Origin: Eubacteriales bacterium
GTDB lineage: Bacteria > Bacillota > Clostridia > Oscillospirales > CAG-272
Direction of reading: 5' to 3'
Assembly (NCBI GenBank): GCA_045629725.1
Contig: JAZQRT010000002.1
Span: forward strand, 1-48,802
DNA length: 48,802 nucleotides
Positions within the stretch are counted from its first letter, which is position 1. Each line of letters begins with the position of its first letter. Position numbers and translations under genes: made by a program. Shown here piece by piece: positions 24,243 through 33,715 of this stretch. The notes under the pieces are model-generated. The model saw only the letters and a program-made list of their open reading frames with translations. It ran no database searches and was not told the origin of the DNA.

Positions 24243-25199
24243 TTATATAATATTGCCCGTTGTGAGCTCTGTTTGTTTTCTTTGCTGATTATCAAGGAAT
24301 TCAAGGTTCTTTTCGGCATCCTTACCTACGCAACCAACGAGAAGGTATTTTCTGTGGATCCTGTCGTAGATAAAGTGGTTGAGAAGATGGAAGTTTTCGA
24401 TAAGTCCCGTTCTTGAAACGTGCATACGAGGACCTGTACAAGGCTCGATCCTGTCGCCGATGGAAATATGAGCATTGTCAACGTAATCAACGGGCAGGTC
24501 ATCTGCAATAAGCTGCTTTACCTTTGCTTCAATTTCAAGAATATCAAAGTCGGGCTTTCTTTCGGGGAACTCAATAACGAAGCCGTGCTTAACGTCACCG
24601 TGGCTGAGTCTGTCAAGATCCTCCTTTGAGAAAAAGATCTCGCAAAGGTCCTCGGCAGTATGAGCCATAAGACGGTAGGGCAGGGATGCATAAACAACTT
24701 TTTTGATCTCATCAGGTTCGGGTCCGAAAAGATTCGGACGGGCAATAAGTATCTGCTCACCTGCGCCGATAAGAAGGTTTGCGTTGAATCCAAGGTAGGG
24801 ATATACAAGGTCAAAATGTTCAACGATAACTCGCTTACCGTTTGCAAGTGCCTCGCAAATAGCATCTGCAAGAACGCTCATCTGTGTAAAGCCGTTTTCA
24901 AAACGGATATCGACGTGATATGTATGGGGGGAGAAAAATCTGAATCCGCTTCCGTCCTGTTCAAGAAGGGGAAGGGGGCGGACATAAACTCCGTCATCGT
25001 CGTTTGTAAGCTCAAGACCGGGGAACATTCCGCGGATAAGAGCGCTCTTACCCGAGCCTGCTTCTCCTATAATACCGATCAATTTGTCAAAGGGTGAAAG
25101 ATAAAGCTGAGCGAGCTGCATGCCGAGAGCGTACATACGAGCGTGTCCTCTGGGAGCAAAGTAACTGCTCAAAATATGGTTTTTCTGAAATTCCTGCAT
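24243..25199 (-). CDS. Uncharacterised P-loop NTPase with a C-terminal tRNA-SAD-like Cys/His region
   Basis: ATG at 25199 behind GGAGG, with the RBS 11 nt after the citC stop. Walker A GEAGSGKS (25044-25067), then NDDDG. Walker-B-like RVIVEHFD. C-terminal HGDVKHG...IEPCTGPRMHVSRTGLIENF. Confidence 0.7.
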   Translation of the reverse strand: MQEFQKNHILSSYFAPRGHARMYALGMQLAQLYLSPFDKLIGIIGEAGSGKSALIRGMFPGLELTNDDDGVYVRPLPLLEQDGSGFRFFSPHTYHVDIRFENGFTQMSVLADAICEALANGKRVIVEHFDLVYPYLGFNANLLIGAGEQILIARPNLFGPEPDEIKKVVYASLPYRLMAHTAEDLCEIFFSKEDLDRLSHGDVKHGFVIEFPERKPDFDILEIEAKVKQLIADDLPVDYVDNAHISIGDRIEPCTGPRMHVSRTGLIENFHLLNHFIYDRIHRKYLLVGCVGKDAEKNLEFLDNQQRKQTELTTGNII

Positions 25200-25219
25200 G
25201 TTGACCTCCAAGTTTATTG

Positions 25220-26206
25220 TTATATGAGTTTATTGTTTTTTAGATAATCTATAGTGGTTTGAGGTAGCAAGGACGAAAGGCTCTTTGTTTCGCCTGATTT
25301 GATAAGCGCCCTTACACGGCTTGCGCTGATAGCGTCACCGTCCGAGATTTTTCTTTCGATCTCATGAAGCTCGATGCCTCTTTTGGGAAGTGCCCCTTTA
25401 AGCGCTTCATTGTATTTTTCAGTCATTGGAGAGTGGGGCTCCGTTCCAACGTAACGCCGCTTGATACAAAGTCTTGGAACAAAATATTCAGTGAATATTT
25501 CAATATCCATATCACAAGCAACCTTGTCTGCAAGATCGCGATCCTTGAGGAAATAAGTTGGGAAGGTTGCTGAGGAGATGAGATACGGACCTGTTTCGAG
25601 AACTGTGACGTTTTCAAGGTCTTTTGTACCGAGCTTTACCATTTCCAATCTGTCACGGGAAGAAAATCCGCTACCTTCCTCGGAAAGCACAAAAACATAT
25701 ACTCTGTCACACTCGCAGGATGCTTTCTCAACGAGATATCTGTGTCCGAGGGTAAAGGGATTACAGTTCATAACGAGAGCTCCCGTAATACCATTTGGAT
25801 CTCCTTCTGGGAGCATATTTATAAAATCCGAAATTCCGCCTTTTTTGTTTTCCATGAAAAGGACGTTATCCGTTTCAATTATCGGGTAAAAGAACAGGGA
25901 AGAAAAGACGAATTTGTTTGAGGGCTTAGTATAAATAAAGAGATGGCGGTATCCTTTTTCAAAGGCATCGCGCCTTAGCTCTGTGATGATAGCAGAAAGA
26001 AGGTCCTCTCCTTGATGCTCGGGGTGTACTGCCAGATATTTGAGAATGCTTCCGTCACGGGCACCTGTTGCAGCAAGATCATCGCCGTCCCACATCAGCG
26101 CGGTGTACTCGGCAGGAGAGGATTCCGCAAGTCCTGTGGCAGACATAAGCCTTTTCCATTTATCAAGTTTTGAGCCTCTCAGACTCGTTACAAGTTCAAT
26201 ATACAT
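25220..26206 (-). CDS. citC: [Citrate/citramalate lyase] ligase (acetate:SH-ACP ligase)
   Basis: GNAT-like N-domain followed by cytidylyltransferase-fold motif VMNCNPFTLGHRYLVEKAS and ISASRVR. I start at the ATG at 26206 behind GGTGGA, because the track's GTG at 26233 sits on the putative -10 box. Confidence 0.8.
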   Translation of the reverse strand: MYIELVTSLRGSKLDKWKRLMSATGLAESSPAEYTALMWDGDDLAATGARDGSILKYLAVHPEHQGEDLLSAIITELRRDAFEKGYRHLFIYTKPSNKFVFSSLFFYPIIETDNVLFMENKKGGISDFINMLPEGDPNGITGALVMNCNPFTLGHRYLVEKASCECDRVYVFVLSEEGSGFSSRDRLEMVKLGTKDLENVTVLETGPYLISSATFPTYFLKDRDLADKVACDMDIEIFTEYFVPRLCIKRRYVGTEPHSPMTEKYNEALKGALPKRGIELHEIERKISDGDAISASRVRALIKSGETKSLSSLLPQTTIDYLKNNKLI

Positions 26207-26298
26207 AAATAATCCACCGAATATTGTAATCACTTAATTTATTATACAACATTTTTTTTGATTTGAAAAGAGAAAATGTGATTTTTTTTCAAAAACAG

Positions 26299-26327
26299 TT
26301 GCAAAATTTTTTTTTTAGTGATACAAT
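26299..26327 (+). promoter_or_regulatory. Sigma-A promoter of the nine-gene glutamate-fermentation operon
   Basis: TTGCAA (26299-26304), 17-nt spacer, TACAAT (26322-26327), 55 nt before the citD GTG. Confidence 0.55.
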
Positions 26328-26382
26328 GTATTTTGGTAAGGTCCATTTACAGAAAAATTATACCGAAAGGAGCTGTTTTACG

Positions 26383-26652
26383 GTGAACATTTTAAAACAG
26401 GCATCTGCAGGAACAATGGAGTCTAGCGATGCCTACGTAGAAATTGAGTCAAAGGAAGATGGGCTTGAGGTACATATCGAGTCCGTTGTAGAAAAGCAGT
26501 TTGGTGACAAGATCGAAGCAACCGTGCGCGATGTACTTGCACAGTGCGGCGTTGAAAACGCATATATCAGGGTTGTGGACAGAGGTGCTCTTGAATGTGT
26601 GATAAGAGCACGAGTGGAGACCGCAATATATAGAGGCGGAGGTATGGCATAA
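26383..26652 (+). CDS. citD: Citrate/citramalate lyase acyl carrier protein (gamma subunit)
   Basis: GTG at 26383 behind AAAGGAG. AGTMESSDAYVEIE contains the prosthetic-group serine motif (ES-S-D). At 89 aa it has typical CitD size. The track's longer N-terminus is AT-rich leader. Confidence 0.8.
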   Translation: MNILKQASAGTMESSDAYVEIESKEDGLEVHIESVVEKQFGDKIEATVRDVLAQCGVENAYIRVVDRGALECVIRARVETAIYRGGGMA

Positions 26653-27536
26653 TGCGACGCAGTTTACTGTTTTTGCCGGGTAATAATCCCAATATGCTTA
26701 TAAATGCCGACTATCTCGGTTCAGACGCAGTTATATTCGACCTTGAGGATGCTGTATCTCCCGCTGAAAAGGATTCGGCAAGAATTCTTGTCAGAAACAC
26801 CATGAGATATATGTCCCTTGGATGTGAAAAGATCGTTCGTATAAACTCTGTTGATACTGCTTATTGGAAGGCGGACCTTCGTGCTGTCATGCCGGAGCGT
26901 CCAAGTCTTATACTTCTTCCAAAGGTAAACTCAACTGCCGATGTTTTGGAGGTTGATTCCTTTATGACGAGTGTTGAAGCAGAGCTTGGATTTGAAAAAG
27001 GAACCGTTGGAATAATGCCCCTTATAGAAACGGCTCTCGGTGTTGAGAACTCGTTCTCTATTGCAAGCTGCTCAGACAGAGTAAAGGCACTGTTCCTTGG
27101 AGCAGAGGACTTGACGGCAGACCTTCAATGTAAGCGTACAAAGGAAGGCAGAGAGATCGAGTATGCCCGTACACGTCTTGTGGTTGCGGCACGCGCAGCA
27201 GGAGTTGATGTGTACGATACACCCTTCACGGATGTTAATGACGACGAGGGAATCGTTGTTGATGCAAGGCTTGCAAAGAGCTTCGGCTTCACAGGAAAGG
27301 CATCTATTTCTCCCCGTCACGTAGACGTAATAAACGAGGTGTTCAGTCCCACAATGGCAGAGATTGACTATGCCTATGACGTGCTGGATGCTATCGCACT
27401 TGCAAAGAAGCAGGGCAAGGGGGCTATCTCTCTTAACGGAAAGATGATCGATGCTCCCATCGTTGCAAGAGCGGAAAGAACGATTGCCATGGCAAAGGCT
27501 CTCGGTATGGAGAGGAGGGAAGACTGTGAAGAATAA
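26652..27536 (+). CDS. citE: Citryl/citramalyl-CoA lyase (beta subunit)
   Basis: MRRSLLFLPGNNPNM...DAVIFDLEDAV HpcH/CitE signature. The start overlaps the citD stop (TAATG). Confidence 0.85.
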   Translation: MRRSLLFLPGNNPNMLINADYLGSDAVIFDLEDAVSPAEKDSARILVRNTMRYMSLGCEKIVRINSVDTAYWKADLRAVMPERPSLILLPKVNSTADVLEVDSFMTSVEAELGFEKGTVGIMPLIETALGVENSFSIASCSDRVKALFLGAEDLTADLQCKRTKEGREIEYARTRLVVAARAAGVDVYDTPFTDVNDDEGIVVDARLAKSFGFTGKASISPRHVDVINEVFSPTMAEIDYAYDVLDAIALAKKQGKGAISLNGKMIDAPIVARAERTIAMAKALGMERREDCEE

Positions 27537-28938
27537 GATAGTAAGATCCCTTAAGGAAGCGGTTGCGCTTGTCGGGCTTAAAGAGGGAATGACAGTTTCC
27601 TTCCATCATCATCTTCGTAACGGAGACTATGTTCTCAATATGGTAATGGAGGAGATAGCCGCAAGCGGTGTCAAGGATATAAGAGTCAATGCAAGCTCCC
27701 TTTTTGATACACACGCGCCCCTGCTTGACCATATAAAAAACGGAGTTGTAACGGGTGTTGCGGCTGACTATATAGGCGCAGGTCTTGGACGAGCATTTTC
27801 AGAGGGTGCGCTTTCAACTCCCATTCAGTTCTATACCCACGGAGGACGCCCCTATAATATTTCCTCGGGCAGAACTCCGATAGATGTTGCTTTCATAGCA
27901 GCACCAACCTCGGATACAATGGGTAACTGTACGGGTAAATACGGTAAATCCGCATGCGGAAGCCTTGGATATGCCTTTGCGGATGCCATGTACGCCAAAA
28001 AAGTAGTTGTAATTACAGATAACCTTGTTCCGTATCCTCTTGCCGATTTTTCAATATCGGAGGATTACGTTGACTACGTTGTTGAGGTCGATGCAATTGG
28101 TAACCCCAAGGGTATCGTGTCAGGAACAACAAAGATCACTCGTGACCCTGTGGGACTTGTTATGGCATCCCATGCGGTAAAGGTGATTGAAGCATCGGGA
28201 CTTCTGAAGGACGGATTTTCATTCCAGACAGGAGCTGGAGGTGCATCACTTGCGGCGGCTAAATTCCTAAAGGATATCATGGTTGAAAAGAAGATTCAGG
28301 GAAGCTTTGGTCTTGGCGGTATCACGGGATATATGGTAGATATGCTCAGGGCCGGTTGCTTCAAAACACTTCTTGATGTTCAGTGCTTTGATCTTACAGC
28401 AGTTGATTCGATAAGAGAGGATCCCCGTCACCGTGAGATATCCTCAATGCAGTATGCTTCTCCCGGAAGCAAGAGCGCCGCGGTGGACAGCCTTGACGTT
28501 GTAATTCTCGGAGCAACAGAAATAGATACGGATTTCAATGTAAACGTACATACGGATTCTAACGGTTATATCATGGGTGGCTCGGGCGGCCACAGTGACA
28601 CGGCGGCAGGTGCGAAGATCTCAATGATCGTTGCTCCCATGTTCCGTGCAAGATTGCCCATAGTTACCGATAAGGTAACGTGTATATCCACACCCGGAGA
28701 AAATATTGACGTGCTTGTAACACAGGGCGGAATTGCAGTTAATCCCAGACGTCCCGAGCTAAGAAGCCGTCTTGCAGATGCAGGTCTTCCCGTGATGGAT
28801 ATTATGGAACTCAAGGAAAAAACGGAGCGCATTACAGGCAAGCCCAATAAGCTTGAAAAAGGCGACCGTGTAGTTGCTGAGGTTATCGGAAGAAACGGTG
28901 ACCTTTGCGACAGAATATATAACGTACCTAAAAAATAA
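27526..28938 (+). CDS. citF: Citrate/citramalate CoA-transferase (alpha subunit)
   Basis: GTG at 27526 behind GGAGGG overlaps the citE end by 11 nt. CitF-like motifs: LKEGMTVSFHHHLRNGD, GGSGGHSD. Confidence 0.8.
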   Translation: MKNKIVRSLKEAVALVGLKEGMTVSFHHHLRNGDYVLNMVMEEIAASGVKDIRVNASSLFDTHAPLLDHIKNGVVTGVAADYIGAGLGRAFSEGALSTPIQFYTHGGRPYNISSGRTPIDVAFIAAPTSDTMGNCTGKYGKSACGSLGYAFADAMYAKKVVVITDNLVPYPLADFSISEDYVDYVVEVDAIGNPKGIVSGTTKITRDPVGLVMASHAVKVIEASGLLKDGFSFQTGAGGASLAAAKFLKDIMVEKKIQGSFGLGGITGYMVDMLRAGCFKTLLDVQCFDLTAVDSIREDPRHREISSMQYASPGSKSAAVDSLDVVILGATEIDTDFNVNVHTDSNGYIMGGSGGHSDTAAGAKISMIVAPMFRARLPIVTDKVTCISTPGENIDVLVTQGGIAVNPRRPELRSRLADAGLPVMDIMELKEKTERITGKPNKLEKGDRVVAEVIGRNGDLCDRIYNVPKK

Positions 28939-28956
28939 TTATAAGGAGAAATTAAA

Positions 28957-29796
28957 GTGAGAGAAATTAATGCAGCAGTAATCACCGAAACAGTAAAGAA
29001 ATTGTGCATTGACGCAAACTGTCATCTTTCAGGTGATATCAAACAGTGTATCAGAGATTGCCACGCATGTGAGCCGTGGCAGGGCGCAAAGGAGATCCTT
29101 GAGCGCATTATTGAAAATTTCGAGATCTCGGATGAGATCAACCAGCCCGTATGTCAGGATACAGGTGTAGCGTGCGTATTCCTCAAGGTAGGACAGGACG
29201 TTCACGTAAACGGAAACATCACCGATGCTGTAAACGAGGGTGTAAGACAGGGTTACGGCGAGGGCTATCTCCGCAAGAGCGTAGTTCGCGATCCTCTCAA
29301 CAGAGTAAATACAGGTGACAATACACCTGCTATGATCTATTATGATATCGTTCCCGGCGATAAGATTGAAATTACAGTGGCTCCCAAGGGCTTCGGAAGC
29401 GAAAACATGAGCCGTACAGCAATGCTTCGTCCCTCTGACGGAGTTGAAGGCGTAAAGGAATTTGTTTGCAAGGCAGTTGAGGAAGCAGGTCCTAACCCCT
29501 GTCCTCCCATTGTTGTAGGTGTTGGTATCGGCGGTACCTTTGATAAGGCTGCATATCTTTCCAAGTGTGCGCTTCTCCGTCCTGTTGATCAGCGTAACAG
29601 CGACCCCTTCTACAAGGATCTTGAAGAGGAGCTTCTTGAAAAGATCAATGCTCTCGGTATCGGTCCTCAGGGATTTGGCGGAAAGACAACAGCACTTGCA
29701 GTTAACATAGAAACGTTCCCCACACATATTGCAGGCTTACCCGTTGCGGTAAATATAAACTGCCATGTTACAAGGCATAAGACGGAGGTTATCTAA
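28957..29796 (+). CDS. Fe-S type hydro-lyase alpha subunit (class I fumarase/tartrate dehydratase family); probable mesaconase large subunit
   Basis: GTG behind AAGGAGAA. CQDTG motif (VCQDTGVACVF) and cysteines typical of the [4Fe-4S] hydro-lyase N-domain. Confidence 0.8.
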   Translation: MREINAAVITETVKKLCIDANCHLSGDIKQCIRDCHACEPWQGAKEILERIIENFEISDEINQPVCQDTGVACVFLKVGQDVHVNGNITDAVNEGVRQGYGEGYLRKSVVRDPLNRVNTGDNTPAMIYYDIVPGDKIEITVAPKGFGSENMSRTAMLRPSDGVEGVKEFVCKAVEEAGPNPCPPIVVGVGIGGTFDKAAYLSKCALLRPVDQRNSDPFYKDLEEELLEKINALGIGPQGFGGKTTALAVNIETFPTHIAGLPVAVNINCHVTRHKTEVI

Positions 29797-30359
29797 TGGC
29801 TATTTCAATTAAAGCACCACTTACAAACGAGGCGGCAAGAGCTCTTCGTGCAGGAGACAGCTGTCTTATTTCCGGAGTTATCTATACTGCACGTGACGCA
29901 GCACACAAAAGACTTTGTGAGCTCGTTGCTAAGGGAGAGGCACTTCCCATCGAGATTAAGGATAACATTATTTACTTTGTAGGTCCTACACCCGCAAAGC
30001 CCGGACAGGCTATCGGTTCTGCAGGTCCCACAACATCATACCGTATGGACGCATACAGCCCTACACTCATTGAGCTTGGCCTTACAGGTATGATCGGAAA
30101 GGGTAAGAGAAGCCCCGAGGTTATTGAGTCTATGAAGAAGCACGGCGCTGTTTATTTCGGTGCTATCGGCGGATGCGGTGCGCTTCTCAGCAAGTGTATC
30201 AAAAAAGCAGAGGTAGTTGCATATGACGATCTCGGTGCTGAGGCTATCCGCCGTCTTGAGGTTGAGGATTTCCCTGCGATCGTTGTAATTGATTCTCTCG
30301 GCAATAACCTTTATGAAAGCGGAAGAGCAGAATATCTTGCAAGTCAAGAGGACAAATAA
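29796..30359 (+). CDS. Fe-S type hydro-lyase beta subunit; probable mesaconase small subunit
   Basis: GVIYTARDAAHKRL, GPTTSYRMD, GMIGKG motifs. The start overlaps the alpha-subunit stop by 1 nt. Confidence 0.8.
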   Translation: MAISIKAPLTNEAARALRAGDSCLISGVIYTARDAAHKRLCELVAKGEALPIEIKDNIIYFVGPTPAKPGQAIGSAGPTTSYRMDAYSPTLIELGLTGMIGKGKRSPEVIESMKKHGAVYFGAIGGCGALLSKCIKKAEVVAYDDLGAEAIRRLEVEDFPAIVVIDSLGNNLYESGRAEYLASQEDK

Positions 30360-30419
30360 TCAATCATTCAATAACAATTTGCAGAAGCATCTGTGAAAAA
30401 AATATATGAGGTGTTTACT

Positions 30420-30854
30420 ATGGAAGGAAACAAAAAAAAGGTATTGGTAATAGGCGTTATCGGTGCTGACGTTCATGCAGTTGGCAATAAGATTTTATAT
30501 CACGCCTTTACACAAGCAGGATTCGACGTTGTAAATCTCGGTGTAATGGTTGCACAAGAAGAATATATTGCAGCAGCCATTGAGTCAAATGCAGATGCGA
30601 TCGTTGTTTCTTCGCTTTATGGACAGGGAGAGCTTGACTGCCGCGGACTTCGTGAGAAGTGTGACGAGGCAGGACTCAAGGGTATTCCTCTTGTTGTAGG
30701 CGGCAACATCGTAATTGGTAAGCAGAAGTTTGAAGAGGTTGAGGAGCGTTTCAAGGCTATGGGCTTTGACCGCGCATTCCCTCCCGGAACAACACCCGAG
30801 ACCACGATAGAGGCTCTCCGTGAACTCTTGCACATGGATGGTAGCGATACATGA
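30420..30854 (+). CDS. glmS: Glutamate mutase (methylaspartate mutase) sigma subunit, B12-binding
   Basis: ATG at 30420 behind GAGGTG. Near-collinear with clostridial GlmS/MutS: [19 protein letters not shown] (DxHxxG), [32 protein letters not shown]. Confidence 0.9.
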   Translation: MEGNKKKVLVIGVIGADVHAVGNKILYHAFTQAGFDVVNLGVMVAQEEYIAAAIESNADAIVVSSLYGQGELDCRGLREKCDEAGLKGIPLVVGGNIVIGKQKFEEVEERFKAMGFDRAFPPGTTPETTIEALRELLHMDGSDT

Positions 30855-32242
30855 AAAACATATTGCTGATTGATTTCGGCAGTACATATACAAAACTTAC
30901 CGCGGTAGATGTTGAAGGGGAGAGGGTGCTGGGCACTGCCGCTTCATTTACCACGGTTGAAACGGACATTAACGAGGGACTCCGTGCTGCTCTTGCACTC
31001 CTTGAGGAAAAGACGGGTGTAATAGAGTATGAGGCAAGGTATGCCTGTTCCTCTGCTGCAGGCGGATTGCGTATGATAACCAGTGGACTTGTACCCGAGC
31101 TGACAGGCGAAGCAGCAAAGCTTGCAAGCCTTGGCGCAGGTGCAAAGGTGGTTGGAATATACGCTTTCCAGCTTACTGAGGATGATCTTGAAGATATAAA
31201 GTCATCTCGGCCGGATATATTCCTTCTCGTTGGAGGAACAGATGGCGGAAATACAGAGTGTATTCTCCATAATGCAAGGATGATCGCAAAGCTTGAACCA
31301 AGCTTTCCCATCATTATTGCAGGTAACCGTACGGCGGCAAGGGAATGTGAAAGGATACTTTCAGGCCACGAGGTCTACGTATGTCCGAACGTAATGCCAA
31401 AATTCGGCACACTTAATATTGAACCTACACAGAAGAAAATAAGAGAGATCTTTCTTGGCAAGATAGTTGAGGCAAAGGGACTCAGCCGTGCCACGGAGCA
31501 GCTTTCGGATATCATGATGCCCACCCCCTCTGCGGTCCTTGCAGCAATGGAGCTTCTTTCGGAGGGGTGCTCGGAGGAAATGGGAATCGGAGATCTTGTT
31601 GCTGTGGACGTAGGAGGCGCAACCACCGATATATATTCTATTGCAGACGGTATGCCCGAGCATATGAATACGGTGTATAAGGGACTTCCCGAGCCCCACG
31701 CAAAGAGAACCGTTGAGGGCGATATCGGAATGAGATACAGCATCAGGGGTATTCTGGAGGCAGTTGGTGTAGAAAGGATATGTCAGCTTTCGGGACTTTC
31801 CGAGGAAAGGGTTGAAGAGCTTGTCACGATGCTCCGAGAAAATCCGAATATGGTGCCAAAAAATGATCCGGAGCTGGAGGCGCTTGACTTTGCCCTTGCT
31901 TCGTCCGCAATAGATGAGGCAGTGACACGTCATGCGGGTTCAATTTACGAAACTTATACAATGATGGGACAGACCTTTGTGCAAGAAGGAAAGAACCTTA
32001 CAAAGGTCAAGCAGATAGTTGTAACAGGCGGAAGCTTGATACATGCAAAGAAGACGGTAGAGATAGCATCCCATGCTCTTTACTCGCCTATGCATCCCAA
32101 TTCACTTAAGCCGAAAGAAGCAGGAGTTTGGGTGGATAAAAAATATATACTTGCCGCAATGGGACTGCTTTCGTCCTATTATCCCGCGGCAGCACTCAGA
32201 ATTATGAAGAAGGAGTTAGACTATTATGGATATTCAGAATAA
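30851..32242 (+). CDS. glmL: Glutamate mutase accessory/reactivating protein GlmL (MutL)
   Basis: ATGA overlap with glmS. The actin-fold ATPase-like N-terminus [17 protein letters not shown] and its position between the S and E subunits match clostridial mut/glm operons. Confidence 0.8.
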   Translation: MKNILLIDFGSTYTKLTAVDVEGERVLGTAASFTTVETDINEGLRAALALLEEKTGVIEYEARYACSSAAGGLRMITSGLVPELTGEAAKLASLGAGAKVVGIYAFQLTEDDLEDIKSSRPDIFLLVGGTDGGNTECILHNARMIAKLEPSFPIIIAGNRTAARECERILSGHEVYVCPNVMPKFGTLNIEPTQKKIREIFLGKIVEAKGLSRATEQLSDIMMPTPSAVLAAMELLSEGCSEEMGIGDLVAVDVGGATTDIYSIADGMPEHMNTVYKGLPEPHAKRTVEGDIGMRYSIRGILEAVGVERICQLSGLSEERVEELVTMLRENPNMVPKNDPELEALDFALASSAIDEAVTRHAGSIYETYTMMGQTFVQEGKNLTKVKQIVVTGGSLIHAKKTVEIASHALYSPMHPNSLKPKEAGVWVDKKYILAAMGLLSSYYPAAALRIMKKELDYYGYSE

Positions 32243-33677
32243 GCGTTTAAGCGATGAAGCTTTTTATAAACAGCGTGAAGAAGTTTTGACTCAGTGGCAT
32301 ACAGGTAAGGACGTTGATCTTGAGGAGGCTGTTGCATACCATAAGGCAATGCCCGAGAACAGAAAGTTCTCAAAGAAGCTTATTGAAGCAAAAAACAACA
32401 AGCGTACACTTGTACAGCCCAGAGCAGGTGTTCCCGTAATCGAAGAACACATCAAGCTCATGCAGTTCCTTGAGGAAAAGGGCGGAGCAGACCTTCTTCC
32501 TTCAACCATCGACAGTTATACACGTCAGAACAGATATGAGGAAGCGGAGAACGGAATCTCCGAGTCCATTCGTCTTGGACGTGCAATGCTCAACGGATTT
32601 CCCGCAGTAAACCACGGTGTTGCAAACTGCCGTAAGGTTATCGAGAGCGTAAACGTTCCCATGCAGGTTCGTCACGGAACACCCGATGCAAGACTTCTTA
32701 CAGAGATCACTCTTGCAGGCGGATACACAAGCTACGAGGGCGGCGGTATCTCCTACAACCTTCCTTACTGTAAGAACATTCCCATGGAGCGTACGATCCG
32801 TGACTGGCAGTACACAGACCGTCTTGTAGGTATCTACGAGGAAATGGGCGTTTCCATCAACCGCGAACCCTTCGGACCTCTCACGGGTACACTTGTTCCT
32901 CCCTGTATCTCTCACTCAGTTGCAGTGATCGTGGCGCTTCTTGCAGCAGAGCAGGGTGTTAAGAATATCACAGTTGGATACGGTCAGTGCGGTAACCTCA
33001 TTCAGGACGTTGCTGCTATCAGAACACTTGAGTCCCTTACAGACGAGTACCTCAAGAAGTACGGATACGATGACGTAGTAGTTACAACAGTTCTCCATCA
33101 GTGGATGGGCGGTTTCCCTGCAGACGAGGCTATGGCATTCGGTGTTATCTCCTTTGGTAGCGTAATTGCAGGTCTTTCAAAGGCGACAAAGGTTATCGTA
33201 AAGACACCTCACGAGGCAGTGGGTATTCCTACAATGGAAGCAAATGCAGAGGGACTTCGTTGCACAAAACAGGTTGTTAATATGCTTTATGACCAGACTC
33301 TCACAGATAAGAGTCTTGATGCAGAGCAGGAGATCATCTGTCAGGAAACACGTGCCATTGTTGACAAGTGCTTCGAGCTTGGTGCAGGCGATATCGCTCT
33401 CGGCGCAGTTCGCGGAGTACAGGCAGGCGTTATCGATGTACCTTTCGCTCCCTGCCGTGCAAACGCAGGACTTATGCTTCCTTGCCGTGATAACAACGGT
33501 GCGGTTCGTATTCTTGAGCCCGGTAACCTTCCTTTCTCCAAGGATATCCTTGATTTCCACAAGCAGAAGATCGAGGAGCGTGCGGCATACGAAAAGCGTA
33601 AGGCATCCTTCCAGATGGTAGTTGACGACGTTTACTCTATCGGCAAGGGAAGACTTGTAGGACGTCCCAGATATTAA
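32226..33677 (+). CDS. glmE: Glutamate mutase epsilon (catalytic) subunit
   Basis: 483 aa, the size of clostridial GlmE. It overlaps glmL by 17 nt and keeps the conserved gene order S-L-E-mal. Confidence 0.85.
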   Translation: MDIQNKRLSDEAFYKQREEVLTQWHTGKDVDLEEAVAYHKAMPENRKFSKKLIEAKNNKRTLVQPRAGVPVIEEHIKLMQFLEEKGGADLLPSTIDSYTRQNRYEEAENGISESIRLGRAMLNGFPAVNHGVANCRKVIESVNVPMQVRHGTPDARLLTEITLAGGYTSYEGGGISYNLPYCKNIPMERTIRDWQYTDRLVGIYEEMGVSINREPFGPLTGTLVPPCISHSVAVIVALLAAEQGVKNITVGYGQCGNLIQDVAAIRTLESLTDEYLKKYGYDDVVVTTVLHQWMGGFPADEAMAFGVISFGSVIAGLSKATKVIVKTPHEAVGIPTMEANAEGLRCTKQVVNMLYDQTLTDKSLDAEQEIICQETRAIVDKCFELGAGDIALGAVRGVQAGVIDVPFAPCRANAGLMLPCRDNNGAVRILEPGNLPFSKDILDFHKQKIEERAAYEKRKASFQMVVDDVYSIGKGRLVGRPRY

Positions 33678-33715
33678 TTTGACTTTGATATAAAAGTATA
33701 GGAGAATATATAATT

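Noticed and set aside
26262-26293. 8-bp inverted repeat TTTGAAAA...TTTTCAAA in the citC/citD divergent promoter region; possible operator.
   Set aside because: The region is almost pure A/T, so an 8-bp A/T palindrome is expected by chance. I cannot distinguish it from background without comparative data.
29029-29727. 232-aa antisense ORF inside the hydro-lyase alpha-subunit gene. Similar long antisense ORFs lie at 30757-31314, 31361-31933, 32502-32915 and 34232-34972.
   Set aside because: They lie opposite genes with unmistakable conserved motifs. They have Cys/Leu/Ser-rich compositions typical of reverse-frame translation, no RBS and no domain motifs.
26652-30359. Reading citDEF + the Fe-S hydro-lyase as a citrate-fermentation/fumarate-respiration module.
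   Set aside because: There is no citrate transporter, oxaloacetate decarboxylase or fumarate reductase nearby. The genes are translationally coupled to glutamate mutase and methylaspartase, so the citramalate/mesaconate interpretation fits better. The homology-level call is kept in the features.
30360-30419. Looked for a cobalamin riboswitch upstream of the B12-dependent glutamate mutase genes, and likewise in the operon leader at 26328-26382.
   Set aside because: The spacers are about 55-60 nt, far too short for a B12 riboswitch, and contain no B12-box-like sequence.
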